Source of the DNA: a virus
Lineage: Duplodnaviria; Caudoviricetes
IMG/VR virus record: IMGVR_UViG_3300021090_000030
Coordinates: 1-50,257 of that record
Strand: one strand, 5' to 3'
Length of the DNA stretch: 50,257 nucleotides
The notes beneath the pieces are model-generated. The model was not told the origin of the DNA. It worked only from the letters and a program-made list of their open reading frames with translations, and did not search any database. This document shows positions 33,910 to 43,958 of this stretch, in pieces (positions within the stretch are counted from its first letter, which is position 1; each line of letters starts with the position of its first letter). The translations under genes and the position numbers were made by a program.

Positions 33910-36238
33910 AAAGGACTCCTTCAGGTCTCTTTGCCCAAGTTAGCCTTCTCTCTCCGTTGGCCTTCCACTTAACCTCCGGTAAGTACCTAACACCCATTTC
34001 CTCCATAACTTCAACTCCATACCGTTCCATCTTGTCTGCATCATTGATGTCGACTTCAAGTACTATGCTGTCGTGTACTGTCAGAACGACATTGTGTACT
34101 GACTCCTCAACTTCACAAGCAGACATGAGCGTCAAGTCACTGGCAGTGCCTGCTACGGGAGCATGAACAGCTGCTTTGCGTGCTTCATCCATGTTTACTT
34201 TCGTAATTATAGGGAAATGACGACGTCTACCGAACCTGGACTGTACGAAGCCTTGTACAGCCATCTTGTCGAGCTGCTCCTGCTTGTAGTCGTGAAGTCT
34301 TGGCATTAGTCGATTGTAGTCTTTGACGAATTGTTTCGCCTCCGCAAGAGGCAGTCCAGCGTCACGAGCGAAGCTGTATTCGTTGCCACCATATATGTAT
34401 GAGAAGTTGAACATTTTAGTTCTTACACGCTGTGGCTTGGTATACGCAGATGTGTACATGCCAATGGCTACCTCTGAATGTAGGTCTCTGTCGTCGTCGT
34501 ATACCTTGATGAGGAACGGCTCCATCGCTTCAGCTGCTATCACACGTAGTTCTGCTTGTGAGTAGTCGACGATGAGTAATATCTTCCCGTCTTCAGCAAT
34601 GAACGCCCCACGTATAAGTGCACCAAATACATCATCCGGACGTGGTATGGTTTGCAGAGCAGGATTACGAGCAGACAATCTGCCCATCTCCGTTCCATTC
34701 ATTAAGAACGTTGCATGCACGCGACCGTTGATATCAACTGCTTCTAGAAGATTGTCTGCGTAGGAGTTTTTCATCTTTGCGATACGTCTATACTCCTGTA
34801 GATGGTCGATGAAAGGATGCCTGCCCGACAAAGGCTGCATTGCTTCATGATTAGTAGATCGAGGACCCAACTTCCTACTTCTCTGTAGAGGGAATCCTAA
34901 TGTATCGTAGACAACAACAGCCACTTGCTGAGTAGAACCTAAATTGATTTCCTGTATATTCACCGACTTACAAGCTGCTTCGGTTTCCTCTTCCATCTTA
35001 TTTTCTAGGAACTTTTGAACCTGCTGTAGATAAGGTACGTCTACTCTGATTCCACGAATTTCAATATCGACGAACGCATTCGAGCCGCGCATAGGTATGT
35101 TCTGGAATGGCCACTCATAACGATTCTGTTCCCTGAGTACTTTCGAAAACACCTTTTTTAGTTGTAGTGTTAGTATAACGTCTATACTACCATACTTACT
35201 TAATTCTTCGAAAGGTATCTTCGAGTACCGATCATTACGACTCTTTAGGTACTTCTTAATCAAATGTTCTTCGTAGTCTGGTATCCCGAAGTACTCGTAG
35301 ACAAGAGGTTTCAGGCCGTGCTTTGAATTCTCGTCTATAATGGAATGAGCTAGCATTGTATCGAAATCAAGATGTACGTTTATGCCTAAATGTGTTTTGA
35401 GAAAGATCTGGTCGAATTTGCCGTTGTGCGCTACTGTCTTGACCCTCGCAAAGAACTGACTTAGTATATGCCTCGTCTCTGGAACGTCATACAGCATTAT
35501 ATCATCTAGTACTACGGCATAATCCTCGGCCCAAGCAATTTGTAACATTAGGATGGGGTCAGGAGGCGTTCCGTCGTAGCGTTGGTACCAACGAGTTTGA
35601 TCAGTCTCGATGTCGAATGACACCCACGTATCATTTGGGACTTGACTTAGTACTTCCTCTAGACGTTGAGGAGTCTCGATATGCATGACGTAAGGGTCGG
35701 TCCATTTAGGATTTACAATAACGGGTGGGTCAACAAAACGTTTGACGTCACGCAAGAAGATACCGGCATCGTTTGGAGTACGGAGCACGTAAGCGGGATG
35801 ATATGTATGCATGTATGTCCTTCCTTCAATCTCCGCTAATATTCCTCTACCAAATGACTCTAGATCTAGAGTCTCCGAAGCAGTCCGTCCAAGAGCTAGC
35901 ACAGGGGCGTTCAGGTGGGCCAACTCTAGCATGAGCCTCGGACGGCATGCTTCGACTTCCTCAAACATCGGTTCGCGATTGTTGGGAGGTTTGCACATTA
36001 CTGCATTAGTCTTGTAGACCTCTTCCGTACTAATGTTGGTTTGGCTCAAAGCATAATCCAACAATGAGCCGCTAGGTCCCACGAAAGGCTTGCCTTGCTC
36101 AACTTCCACATTGCCGGGTGCTTCTCCAACTACTATCATCTTGGCGTTCTTAGGTCCAGATGGAGGAACGACAGGGCAAGCCTGTAATGAACATTCGTGA
36201 CATAAAGCGCCAGGTAGTTTACTTAAATCTAAAGACAC
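33893..36238 (-). CDS. polA: Family A DNA polymerase with N-terminal family-4 uracil-DNA glycosylase domain and 3'-5' exonuclease
   Basis: UDG: CxxC, VGEAPG, FVGPSG, CKPPNNREP..C, YHPA; Exo: FDIET, HNGKFD, YGSID; Pol: DYSQAELR, KMFNFSYIYG, VHDS. Confidence 0.95.
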   Translation of the reverse strand: MSLDLSKLPGALCHECSLQACPVVPPSGPKNAKMIVVGEAPGNVEVEQGKPFVGPSGSLLDYALSQTNISTEEVYKTNAVMCKPPNNREPMFEEVEACRPRLMLELAHLNAPVLALGRTASETLDLESFGRGILAEIEGRTYMHTYHPAYVLRTPNDAGIFLRDVKRFVDPPVIVNPKWTDPYVMHIETPQRLEEVLSQVPNDTWVSFDIETDQTRWYQRYDGTPPDPILMLQIAWAEDYAVVLDDIMLYDVPETRHILSQFFARVKTVAHNGKFDQIFLKTHLGINVHLDFDTMLAHSIIDENSKHGLKPLVYEYFGIPDYEEHLIKKYLKSRNDRYSKIPFEELSKYGSIDVILTLQLKKVFSKVLREQNRYEWPFQNIPMRGSNAFVDIEIRGIRVDVPYLQQVQKFLENKMEEETEAACKSVNIQEINLGSTQQVAVVVYDTLGFPLQRSRKLGPRSTNHEAMQPLSGRHPFIDHLQEYRRIAKMKNSYADNLLEAVDINGRVHATFLMNGTEMGRLSARNPALQTIPRPDDVFGALIRGAFIAEDGKILLIVDYSQAELRVIAAEAMEPFLIKVYDDDRDLHSEVAIGMYTSAYTKPQRVRTKMFNFSYIYGGNEYSFARDAGLPLAEAKQFVKDYNRLMPRLHDYKQEQLDKMAVQGFVQSRFGRRRHFPIITKVNMDEARKAAVHAPVAGTASDLTLMSACEVEESVHNVVLTVHDSIVLEVDINDADKMERYGVEVMEEMGVRYLPEVKWKANGERRLTWAKRPEGVLYEQIV

Positions 36239-36437
36239 GGTAAGCCTCCGAAGGTTGTAAGGATTTGAAGGAGTACGGAGCGACGATTATAATCTCGTCC
36301 ACTTTCAGGGCTCTGGCTACTGTCAACGCCTCAGCTAAAAACTCTTCAGTATTAGCTAATACCACACACGTTTTACTTATACGTGAGTAAAAAACCACCG
36401 AATAAGAGACAGAGTTTCCAAAGGAGATCTCAGGCAT
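36219..36437 (-). CDS. Hypothetical protein
   Basis: MPEISFG... start with GGAGA SD overlapping upstream stop. Confidence 0.55.
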   Translation of the reverse strand: MPEISFGNSVSYSVVFYSRISKTCVVLANTEEFLAEALTVARALKVDEIIIVAPYSFKSLQPSEAYRVFRFK

Positions 36438-37170
36438 CTTGTCTCCCAGAGGTCCAAGCAAGTAGTGACAAAGCGTTGTCGTAGGCAAGCCCGGAGTCGA
36501 AGTGCTCGTTCCATACATGCGATATATGTTCTGACTTAACCCTAATAGATCGGCCCTTCTGTGCGTAGGCGAAGGGAGCTGCAGTATCGATTCCACGAAC
36601 CCATGGGGCTATGGCTTTGAGTGCTGGTACTTCGATTCTAGGTTCTCCCCAAACACCTAACAAGTGGATGTTGTAGCTGTTGTGCCAACCCATTTGCTGG
36701 ATGAACGTTAGGATGTTCACTCTACCGTCGCCAAACTGTTCAGTGTGTTTAGGTATACACATGGTAGCAAACTCCATGTTTGATACGAAGAAGTTAGCAC
36801 AGCCCGTCCATTCTTCAAACGTCTCTCCCTGTGGTACCACAGCTCGCATTCTAGCAGGTATGATCTCTAGAACGTCTCGGTCCATGGTTTTCTCGATGGT
36901 AGCTTCGGCATCACGAAGAACGTCAGGCAGGACTACTTCGTCCACATGAAGCATCTGCATTGCGTCGTAAAGTTGTTTAGATGTTAGGAGAGACCCTTCT
37001 GCGGCGCCGTTGTCCATCATTATGAAGTCACCACGACGACTACGTTCTTTATAGAACTCAGCGTACTGAGTATCTTCAAGAAGATATTGGGCTAATACTA
37101 AGTGGTAGGTCAGTCTCATAGAGTTCAGTATCCCGAGACCAGCAAAATCGCTAATCAGTGCCAGTTTCAT
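36430..37170 (-). CDS. TGT-fold transglycosylase-like protein, candidate DpdA-like deazaguanine DNA inserter
   Basis: MDNG, LPD, VVPQG, IHLLG, RGIDT echo TGT/DpdA motifs; coupled to folE. Confidence 0.6.
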   Translation of the reverse strand: MKLALISDFAGLGILNSMRLTYHLVLAQYLLEDTQYAEFYKERSRRGDFIMMDNGAAEGSLLTSKQLYDAMQMLHVDEVVLPDVLRDAEATIEKTMDRDVLEIIPARMRAVVPQGETFEEWTGCANFFVSNMEFATMCIPKHTEQFGDGRVNILTFIQQMGWHNSYNIHLLGVWGEPRIEVPALKAIAPWVRGIDTAAPFAYAQKGRSIRVKSEHISHVWNEHFDSGLAYDNALSLLAWTSGRQDA

Positions 37171-37712
37171 ACGCCTCCTACTAGATGTAGAAACTCTTGA
37201 CGTGCTTCCATAGACGTTAGAAACGCTCCGCGCATCTCACTTGTAACCATAGACGCGTTACGTTCTTTTACTCCACGACATGACATACACGTATGTACAG
37301 ACTTTACGATTACAGCCACGCCCTGTGCCTCTACAGTGTCTTTTAAGAAAGACGCTATGGCACGAGTAAACGTTTCTTGTGTACTTGGACGTGCCGCGAA
37401 GTGATGGACGATGCGAGGAATCTTGCTCACGCCTATCATCAACTTGTTAGGTATGTAACCTACATGGGCAGTGCCCGAAAACGGAAATAAGTGGTGTGCG
37501 CACAGGGCAGAGAACTCGATGCCCCTAACCACTATCAGCTGATTGGCTGTGGCTTTGAACGTTGTCGGATTGAAGTCAACGACCGAGCTTGTCTTGAACT
37601 CGTTCATTGCCTTCATCCAACGTTTGGCCGTCTCGTTGACTGAGTCGTCCCAAACAGTTTCGCCGAACGTGTCGGCTAAGAACTTTGCTAGTTGCTTCTC
37701 AAAAATTGCCAT
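37167..37712 (-). CDS. folE: GTP cyclohydrolase I
   Basis: SALCAHHLFPF, IGVSKIPR, QE, HTCMSCRG. Confidence 0.93.
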   Translation of the reverse strand: MAIFEKQLAKFLADTFGETVWDDSVNETAKRWMKAMNEFKTSSVVDFNPTTFKATANQLIVVRGIEFSALCAHHLFPFSGTAHVGYIPNKLMIGVSKIPRIVHHFAARPSTQETFTRAIASFLKDTVEAQGVAVIVKSVHTCMSCRGVKERNASMVTSEMRGAFLTSMEARQEFLHLVGGV

Positions 37713-37721
37713 GTTGGTCTC

Positions 37722-38405
37722 CTATCTCATATTGAGTCTATATTGTAGTCGATCACCGAAGCGTGGTTGATACTGATGGTAATTAACCTGTCCCTGAGTA
37801 AGGAGTTCCATGGTCTTCTTTATGGACTGAACTCCTGGAGGACATCCCTCAGGCATCAATACAACACCTTCTAGAGTCTTGTCGTTCTCGAAGTAGAAAT
37901 AGTCTATCACTCCCTGCATATCTAGAACTGAGATTTCGTCGTCGACTACGAATTTGATTTCGTTTGTGATGTCTTTCAGCTCTGTAGGAGCTTGGAAGTT
38001 TAGATTCTTTTTCGGCGACCAAGTCACCCAATCTGGCGTTAACGTACCGACAAGGTTTTTGAGTCCCGACGTCTCAAGTTGTGTTGTATATCCCAAAGCC
38101 TTGCACGCCGCCAATATAGGGTCTAAGTTCCAAATGGTGGGTTCGCCCCCTGTAATAATAACGTGCCTTTCGTGGATAGCGTCCATAATCTCCGTTAAGG
38201 TCTTCACCTCACCACCAGGACCCCAAGTGTTTGCCGTCATGCCATTTGTACGACGCTTACCTTCTAACCAATTGGCTAAGGGTCCTGAATCACACCATGA
38301 ACAACCGACAGGACATCCCTGTAACCGAATAAATGTGGCCGGTATGCCCGTTAGAAGGCCTTCCCCTTGTATTGAATCGAACTGTTCATTCACTCTGTAG
38401 TTCAT
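37722..38405 (-). CDS. queE: 7-carboxy-7-deazaguanine synthase (radical SAM)
   Basis: SIQGEG, FIRLQGCPVGCSWCD, TGGEP, ETSG, SPK; start MNYRVNE at 38405. Confidence 0.92.
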   Translation of the reverse strand: MNYRVNEQFDSIQGEGLLTGIPATFIRLQGCPVGCSWCDSGPLANWLEGKRRTNGMTANTWGPGGEVKTLTEIMDAIHERHVIITGGEPTIWNLDPILAACKALGYTTQLETSGLKNLVGTLTPDWVTWSPKKNLNFQAPTELKDITNEIKFVVDDEISVLDMQGVIDYFYFENDKTLEGVVLMPEGCPPGVQSIKKTMELLTQGQVNYHQYQPRFGDRLQYRLNMR

Positions 38406-38406
38406 G

Positions 38407-38961
38407 TTAGCTTCCTGTAGCCCCGTCAAACAACTCACGTAAGACAGGGAATATAATGATGCTGGTTGCAGCGAGTGGCTCACCTATAAGTGAAATACCT
38501 GCAATTAGTATTCTAAATAGTAGATGAGGCATCTGTTCTGCCCCAGTCAAAGTAACGGCCAAGTCAACGAAAGAACCGAACCGAAGGATGTCTGGTGCCA
38601 AGTAGTCAAAGTAAACGTCTATACTTATAGGTATCAAGGCAACCACACATACTGCTATCAAGATACCTCCATTCCATTGTTCTTTGACTCCGTATAAAAC
38701 CGTTCCCATCAAAGCCATTATTAGTCCTGTTGTAGCCAGGGATGTGAACCACCCTACTTGGTTGTTCGACATATGTTCTACACTTACTTGGCCTGCTAGC
38801 ACGTCTATGCCTATCAAGGAGACCAAAGCCGAAACAGCAACCAGGAACGAAAAGACAGCTAGGATGTACGGTCCTAAATCGAACATTCTAGCCAGCAACG
38901 TTGAATTCCTTTTAGTAGCGTAGCCTTGAGGTGTGTGTGGTCTTGCATTTTGATACGTCAT
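38407..38961 (-). CDS. Multi-pass membrane protein
   Basis: About four hydrophobic helices. Confidence 0.7.
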   Translation of the reverse strand: MTYQNARPHTPQGYATKRNSTLLARMFDLGPYILAVFSFLVAVSALVSLIGIDVLAGQVSVEHMSNNQVGWFTSLATTGLIMALMGTVLYGVKEQWNGGILIAVCVVALIPISIDVYFDYLAPDILRFGSFVDLAVTLTGAEQMPHLLFRILIAGISLIGEPLAATSIIIFPVLRELFDGATGS

Positions 38962-38963
38962 GT

Positions 38964-39224
38964 TTACTCTCCTTTCAATCGTTCAGCCATCTGCTTACAT
39001 AGTGTCGCATAACCTATGATGTCGTCGTAGTTATCAAGATGATACGGGTCGGACAGCATACGTATAAGCTTGGATAACATAAGTACCCAATTGTGCGAGA
39101 ACATGGGTGCTGTGTTAAGCATAGCCAAAAACGGGTCTGTCAGGGCACCCATAACCATTCCTGTTAGCTCGTGTGCATTACCGTAATGCTTTTCCTTCTC
39201 GTCGAGTAAGGATTGAATGTTCAT
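38964..39224 (-). CDS. DUF6378-like (MazG-related nucleotide hydrolase-like) protein
   Basis: E..HYG...KLIR...HLDNYDDIIGYA. Confidence 0.65.
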   Translation of the reverse strand: MNIQSLLDEKEKHYGNAHELTGMVMGALTDPFLAMLNTAPMFSHNWVLMLSKLIRMLSDPYHLDNYDDIIGYATLCKQMAERLKGE

Positions 39225-39637
39225 TTGTTCATCTCCAGGTACATTATAGCATTCTGTAACTTTACAGGATCGTCGTCGAACCTACCAAGTCCATGATTGC
39301 ACTTTGCACATAGAAGTCCTCTTACCTTACCCGTCTTGTGGTCGTGATCGATCACCAACTTCTGACCTACACGAGTACATATCCCACAACCCCCTTCTTG
39401 TCGTTCAAACATTTCGTTGAACTGCTCAATGGTAAGGTTGTACAGAACTTTGAGGTTCGACCTTCTATGTATCTGCTTCGTTCGGTTAGCCTTGTGATAC
39501 GCCTTGTGTGCATCCTTTTCGCACTCTTTACAGCGGTTAGAAAGTCCGTCCTTAGAAGCTTTCCTACGATAGAACTCGCTAATAGGCTTCAGTATAGGAC
39601 GGTTTTCTCGCGCCGTGCATCCTGGACATAACTTCAT
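39221..39637 (-). CDS. Endonuclease VII-like HNH nuclease
   Basis: CxxC zinc finger, QEGGCGIC, DHDHKTGKVRGLLCAKCN. Confidence 0.9.
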   Translation of the reverse strand: MKLCPGCTARENRPILKPISEFYRRKASKDGLSNRCKECEKDAHKAYHKANRTKQIHRRSNLKVLYNLTIEQFNEMFERQEGGCGICTRVGQKLVIDHDHKTGKVRGLLCAKCNHGLGRFDDDPVKLQNAIMYLEMNK

Positions 39638-40069
39638 TTAGACTCCTTCGTAAACAGCTACGCTTTTGGGGGTTTCATGTACGATAACTCTTACGTTTTC
39701 GACTTGTAGCATGAAGGCATTACGAACCCATCCATGGATAAGATGTGCTAGGGTCTCAGCCGTACTGTTGGGTACGCCCAAAATGAAAGCATCTCCGCGT
39801 TCGCTGGCAATGACTGCATACGGGTCACCGTGTCGAGTATTGCTCTGCGAGACGAGATACCGATGGTCCATCTGATCTATTAGTGGCTTGACGGCCTGGT
39901 CGAGAAGGCCATAGTCCAACACCATACCCTGTACGTCTAGCGTACCTGAATTTATCTCGACAACAACCTTATAGTTGTGTCCGTGAAGACGACCACACTT
40001 AGGATGTCCTTCGATCCTGTGCGCAGCTGAGAACCAATATTCTCGGGAGATTGTATATCTGTTATACAT
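39638..40069 (-). CDS. queD: 6-carboxytetrahydropterin synthase
   Basis: FSAAH, CGRLHGHNY, DH, STAE, ETP. Confidence 0.93.
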   Translation of the reverse strand: MYNRYTISREYWFSAAHRIEGHPKCGRLHGHNYKVVVEINSGTLDVQGMVLDYGLLDQAVKPLIDQMDHRYLVSQSNTRHGDPYAVIASERGDAFILGVPNSTAETLAHLIHGWVRNAFMLQVENVRVIVHETPKSVAVYEGV

Positions 40070-40850
40070 TGGGCCACTCCTCTAAGTCCTCAGTTGGAAC
40101 TTCTGGTCCCAGTATGTCGACCAACGAAATGTTGTAGCCTGTTGGGTCGTAGAAACCACACTCAGCAAAGGCATTAGCTCGCTCAATACAAGTAGGGCAT
40201 CGACCACAGTGAATGTACTCGTTCAATTCGGTTGTTACTGGATTGTAGCAAGACCAAGTTAGCTGCAGCGGAGCATCCAATTCAACTGCACGAGATACGA
40301 TGTCAGCCTTCGTCATCCAAATAAATGGGAAGACTAGACGGACCTTGTCGTACGTACCAACTCGTATAGCATTTGCCATCGCACCTAAGAACTCAGGTGT
40401 ACAATCTGGATACGCCCAGTCGTGTGCATCATCTCCGTGCGCTCCAATGTATACGTAATCGAATCCTCGTGCATCGGCTAACGCAGTTGCTATACTAAGG
40501 AGATTGGCATTACGGAAGGGTACGACTGTTGGGGAAGGACCTACTGACCCTTTGATTTCCCCATAAGTCATGTGAGGCATCTCAATCTCACCCATCAAAG
40601 CCGACCCGTGTCCATTGCTTGAGAAGATTTCGCTCGGCAAGTCGAAAGTAATACGGTGGATGTCGCACACAAATTCGTACTGCTCTTGGTACCATGCAAC
40701 TATCTGCGCTGCTGCTTGACTCTCTGCTTCGTTATGTAGACCGCCATACCCAATAGATACGGCTAGGATTTCGTCTGCTCCGTCAACGATTGCCTGAGAC
40801 AGTAGTGTGGTACTATCCAAGCCCCCCGAATGCAAGACGACTGCTTTCAT
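40062..40850 (-). CDS. queC: 7-cyano-7-deazaguanine synthase
   Basis: SGGLDS, VPFRN, YPDC, TWSCY, CGRCPTC. Confidence 0.95.
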   Translation of the reverse strand: MKAVVLHSGGLDSTTLLSQAIVDGADEILAVSIGYGGLHNEAESQAAAQIVAWYQEQYEFVCDIHRITFDLPSEIFSSNGHGSALMGEIEMPHMTYGEIKGSVGPSPTVVPFRNANLLSIATALADARGFDYVYIGAHGDDAHDWAYPDCTPEFLGAMANAIRVGTYDKVRLVFPFIWMTKADIVSRAVELDAPLQLTWSCYNPVTTELNEYIHCGRCPTCIERANAFAECGFYDPTGYNISLVDILGPEVPTEDLEEWPNV

Positions 40851-40884
40851 TATTGCTCCTCTGTTACGGTTGAACGCTCCGTAA

Positions 40885-43314
40885 CTAAATACTGATCCTT
40901 ATTTCCCGAGAGTTCATCGAGGACGGCACGTCTAGGCCAAGTTGGACTGCCGCCTCGAGACGAACTCCAAACATCCAAACGCCGGCCACGATTTGAGATG
41001 TAACCTGATAAGACGACTCCGAGAACTGTGTCTTCATGGCGTCTTTCTCAAGTACACCCCGACCTTGGCGGCGCCTAAACGCAACCCAATCATCATAGGC
41101 AGGCGCAAGCTGAAAGTAGAAGTTTCCGTTCTCTACTGTATACTTGTACATCGCACCACCATTGTTTGCCTTATTGATGACGTACTCTATCATATCATCA
41201 ATCAAGGTACGTGACCTACCTGCTTGCATGTCGAATACTGACGATATACTGTCACTCAAGACTGTAGCATCAGGTGGTTCTGATTGTGTTATCTCGCACC
41301 ACAGTAGTATTCCAAAGTATGCAACGATGTGATTATTACGTACCCTGTCTGGTAACTTGTTCGGGAACGCAACAAAGACGGCCTCTCTTGCACGTTTCAG
41401 TATGTCTTCCCAACTCGCCTCGAGCTTTAGCAGAAGCGTAATCAGTGTACCTCCCATAAGAGGAACCCCACCCATACTGAACTCCATTTCCTTAAACGCA
41501 TTATACGCAGGCGAGCCTTCTTCAATAGTAGAAGGATGTACTCGTACGACAACAATGCGTTCACGTGCTGCAGCGTCATCTATTAAGTCTTCACCGTCAA
41601 GTACGAAAGGAGCAACTAGTGGATAGTCTTGTGTCGTCTGGTCAGCTCTGCCTCTTGCATCATGTCCAGTATCGTATGCTAACAAAACGAATCGAAGGAA
41701 CCTTTGAACTGCATCGACACGGAACTCTGAGAACGATACTGGTACTGCGTTCGAACCCCCCATCAAAGTTAGAGCGACGAAGTGTGTAGTACCACTATCA
41801 TAGGCAATTGGATTGGGTTGACCCCATATAGGCATGAACACCCGTTGGATAAGAGTTGACTTACCTGAGCCACGTGTACCTGCTACATTCAGAATTGGGA
41901 ACCTATACTTGTGTTGTTCAAGCCACGGCTTTAGCACAGCGGCTGTATACCAACCTATCATGGGCCAAATCGCACCTAGCTCGTTCAGTTGTGGAATGAG
42001 CCGGCCCAACACACGTACGTCGTGGTCGGAAGATACTTCGAGTTCCATGTCTGGGTGCTCGATCTTACTAGGCGTCCAAGCCAACGGTCCTTCAAAGCCC
42101 TGCCACAGGTCATTACAACCCACCGTCTGTTTGTCGCCCAAGAACAACCACTTACCAGCAACCTTATGAAGACCTAACATCTTGGTGGCTGCCACTCGAG
42201 GTAAACCCTTCTTCTTTAGTTTGTCAAGAAGATGTGGTAGTAGTTGCTTAACATCTTCGTCTTTACCTAGCCACTGCCATGCAGCTACAGGAGTTGCGGT
42301 AGCCATCTTCGATACTGAGTTAAAAACTGTCCTATTGAACGTTATGGCAGGCCATGTATATGAGTCCGAATAGACATCACAAACAATAGAGTCTTCTGCT
42401 CCGAACGGCGAACCGTCTAGTAGTAAAGTCGGCTCCAACAGAAAGGTACTAACCCGTTTCAATGCTTTTCGATAAGGGACATAGTACCCGTCAACGCCTT
42501 CTACGATTGTTGTTCCGCCTTCAACTTTATGTTCGTCTGCGTCGTCATCCCCATCCTTAGTTTTAGCTTTGACTGGATTTTTCGATCGTATCCTTTCCAA
42601 CGAGTGAAGCAGATAATGGTTCGATCCAGTCTCCCTGTGCTTATCCCCACAAGGTTGGTTCTCGAACAAACAAACGATAAGGTCATCAGAGACGCCTGCA
42701 ACGACCAGATCAGTTAGTATAGCCCAATCCCTCTCGCTTCTACTTCGATACCCACGAGAGTCACCAGTCGCTATCTTGTGTCTGGTTTTTTTGGGTATGT
42801 CCTTGAGCATGAAGATCTCGTCCATTGTGTAGCGAACACCGAGAGTATACTTTATTTCAACAGGCACAGGGACATCTGCAATCTTAGTGTTTGTTGTACC
42901 AGGTACTCTGAGTACTCGGTTCACATTCCAACATCCTGGGTCACCACCCAAGTCATTTGTAAGCATCTTGTTGGCAGTCTCTATTTCATCTGGATCGAGA
43001 CATGGTTTGTCTAAAAGCCAGTAACAATGCCACCCATGTCCAGAGAATACTGCATATGTGGGAGGTATAGTCCATCGAGGCTTTTCTTCACTCTGGTCTA
43101 CATCTACCCATAAGGCAATAGAACCCAATACATCTGTCTTCTCGTCTCCCGAAGTTTTTCGCATAGCGACCCCGAAGTAGACATCTTTATTTTCAGGTAT
43201 TGTAGGCAAAGCATCTAGTGTTGTATAAATTGCATCCTTAGCCTTGGGGGAACCTATTCCAAGACTGATAAGACCCCCAAAAGCAAATTGTTTCAAGAAC
43301 TCATGATTATCCAT
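40885..43314 (-). CDS. RepB'-type AEP primase fused to DUF927-like helicase/ATPase
   Basis: WVDVD, SGHGWHCYW, NRVLRVPGTTN, SRSERD; Walker A GTRGSGKS; start MDNHE at 43314. Confidence 0.85.
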   Translation of the reverse strand: MDNHEFLKQFAFGGLISLGIGSPKAKDAIYTTLDALPTIPENKDVYFGVAMRKTSGDEKTDVLGSIALWVDVDQSEEKPRWTIPPTYAVFSGHGWHCYWLLDKPCLDPDEIETANKMLTNDLGGDPGCWNVNRVLRVPGTTNTKIADVPVPVEIKYTLGVRYTMDEIFMLKDIPKKTRHKIATGDSRGYRSRSERDWAILTDLVVAGVSDDLIVCLFENQPCGDKHRETGSNHYLLHSLERIRSKNPVKAKTKDGDDDADEHKVEGGTTIVEGVDGYYVPYRKALKRVSTFLLEPTLLLDGSPFGAEDSIVCDVYSDSYTWPAITFNRTVFNSVSKMATATPVAAWQWLGKDEDVKQLLPHLLDKLKKKGLPRVAATKMLGLHKVAGKWLFLGDKQTVGCNDLWQGFEGPLAWTPSKIEHPDMELEVSSDHDVRVLGRLIPQLNELGAIWPMIGWYTAAVLKPWLEQHKYRFPILNVAGTRGSGKSTLIQRVFMPIWGQPNPIAYDSGTTHFVALTLMGGSNAVPVSFSEFRVDAVQRFLRFVLLAYDTGHDARGRADQTTQDYPLVAPFVLDGEDLIDDAAARERIVVVRVHPSTIEEGSPAYNAFKEMEFSMGGVPLMGGTLITLLLKLEASWEDILKRAREAVFVAFPNKLPDRVRNNHIVAYFGILLWCEITQSEPPDATVLSDSISSVFDMQAGRSRTLIDDMIEYVINKANNGGAMYKYTVENGNFYFQLAPAYDDWVAFRRRQGRGVLEKDAMKTQFSESSYQVTSQIVAGVWMFGVRLEAAVQLGLDVPSSMNSREIRISI

Positions 43315-43334
43315 TATGCCTCGTGGTTTCAGGA

Positions 43335-43370
43335 AAAAGAACGGGAGGGACATGTCTCAGCCCCTCCCGT
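43335..43370 (-). terminator. Intrinsic terminator after SSB gene
   Basis: acgggaggg/ccctcccgt stem followed by TCTTTTT on - strand. Confidence 0.7.
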
Positions 43371-43398
43371 AGAATTTAGGACTGGCGGCTTATTGGTA

Positions 43399-43869
43399 TT
43401 ACTTGCGGGACTTCGCCTTGTTTATCACAACCTCGGTAGGCGGAGCTAAAGACTCGAGAGCTGCATTACCTTGGCCATACCTAGTTGCTGAGCGAATCTT
43501 GCGGACCTTGTTGCGAGGCGGATAAGGATTGCCATCGTCGTCGGTCTTACCAGAGTCTTCGATACTCAAAACAATGGCTGCTTCGCGGTTCATAAGCGAC
43601 TCAGCTGTAATCTCACCTTGGTAGGTGCTGTCGAAACCCATACCGACCAACAGAAGCTTAGTACGGTATTGGGCATCAGGATGGAAGGACAGGATATCGA
43701 AAATCTGTCGACCTGCAAACGGAGCGGGGGCAATCACTTCCCAACGCATCTCAATCTTCGGATGGTTGGACGAGCTCAAACCTTCTTCCGCGAAGACAAC
43801 CTTTGCGAGGTATTCTCCAACGGGGATAGGCTCGAGGCCTTTCACTTGGGTAAAATCGATTATGGGCAT
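43399..43869 (-). CDS. DUF669-like single-stranded DNA-binding protein
   Basis: PIPVGEY, GRQIFD, RNKV; next to Sak4-like ATPase. Confidence 0.75.
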   Translation of the reverse strand: MPIIDFTQVKGLEPIPVGEYLAKVVFAEEGLSSSNHPKIEMRWEVIAPAPFAGRQIFDILSFHPDAQYRTKLLLVGMGFDSTYQGEITAESLMNREAAIVLSIEDSGKTDDDGNPYPPRNKVRKIRSATRYGQGNAALESLAPPTEVVINKAKSRK

Positions 43870-43958
43870 TTCAGGTACTCCTTGGGTTTTTGTGGATTGA
43901 TTGTTTTAGGGTGCCGCCAGGCTCCCAAATTTTCAGTTAGTCACCAACTGTAGCTTAC

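Noticed and set aside
37167-40850. Queuosine tRNA-modification or folate auxiliary metabolism
   Set aside because: No QueF, QueA or tRNA genes; location between primase and polymerase favours DNA modification, though this is not proven
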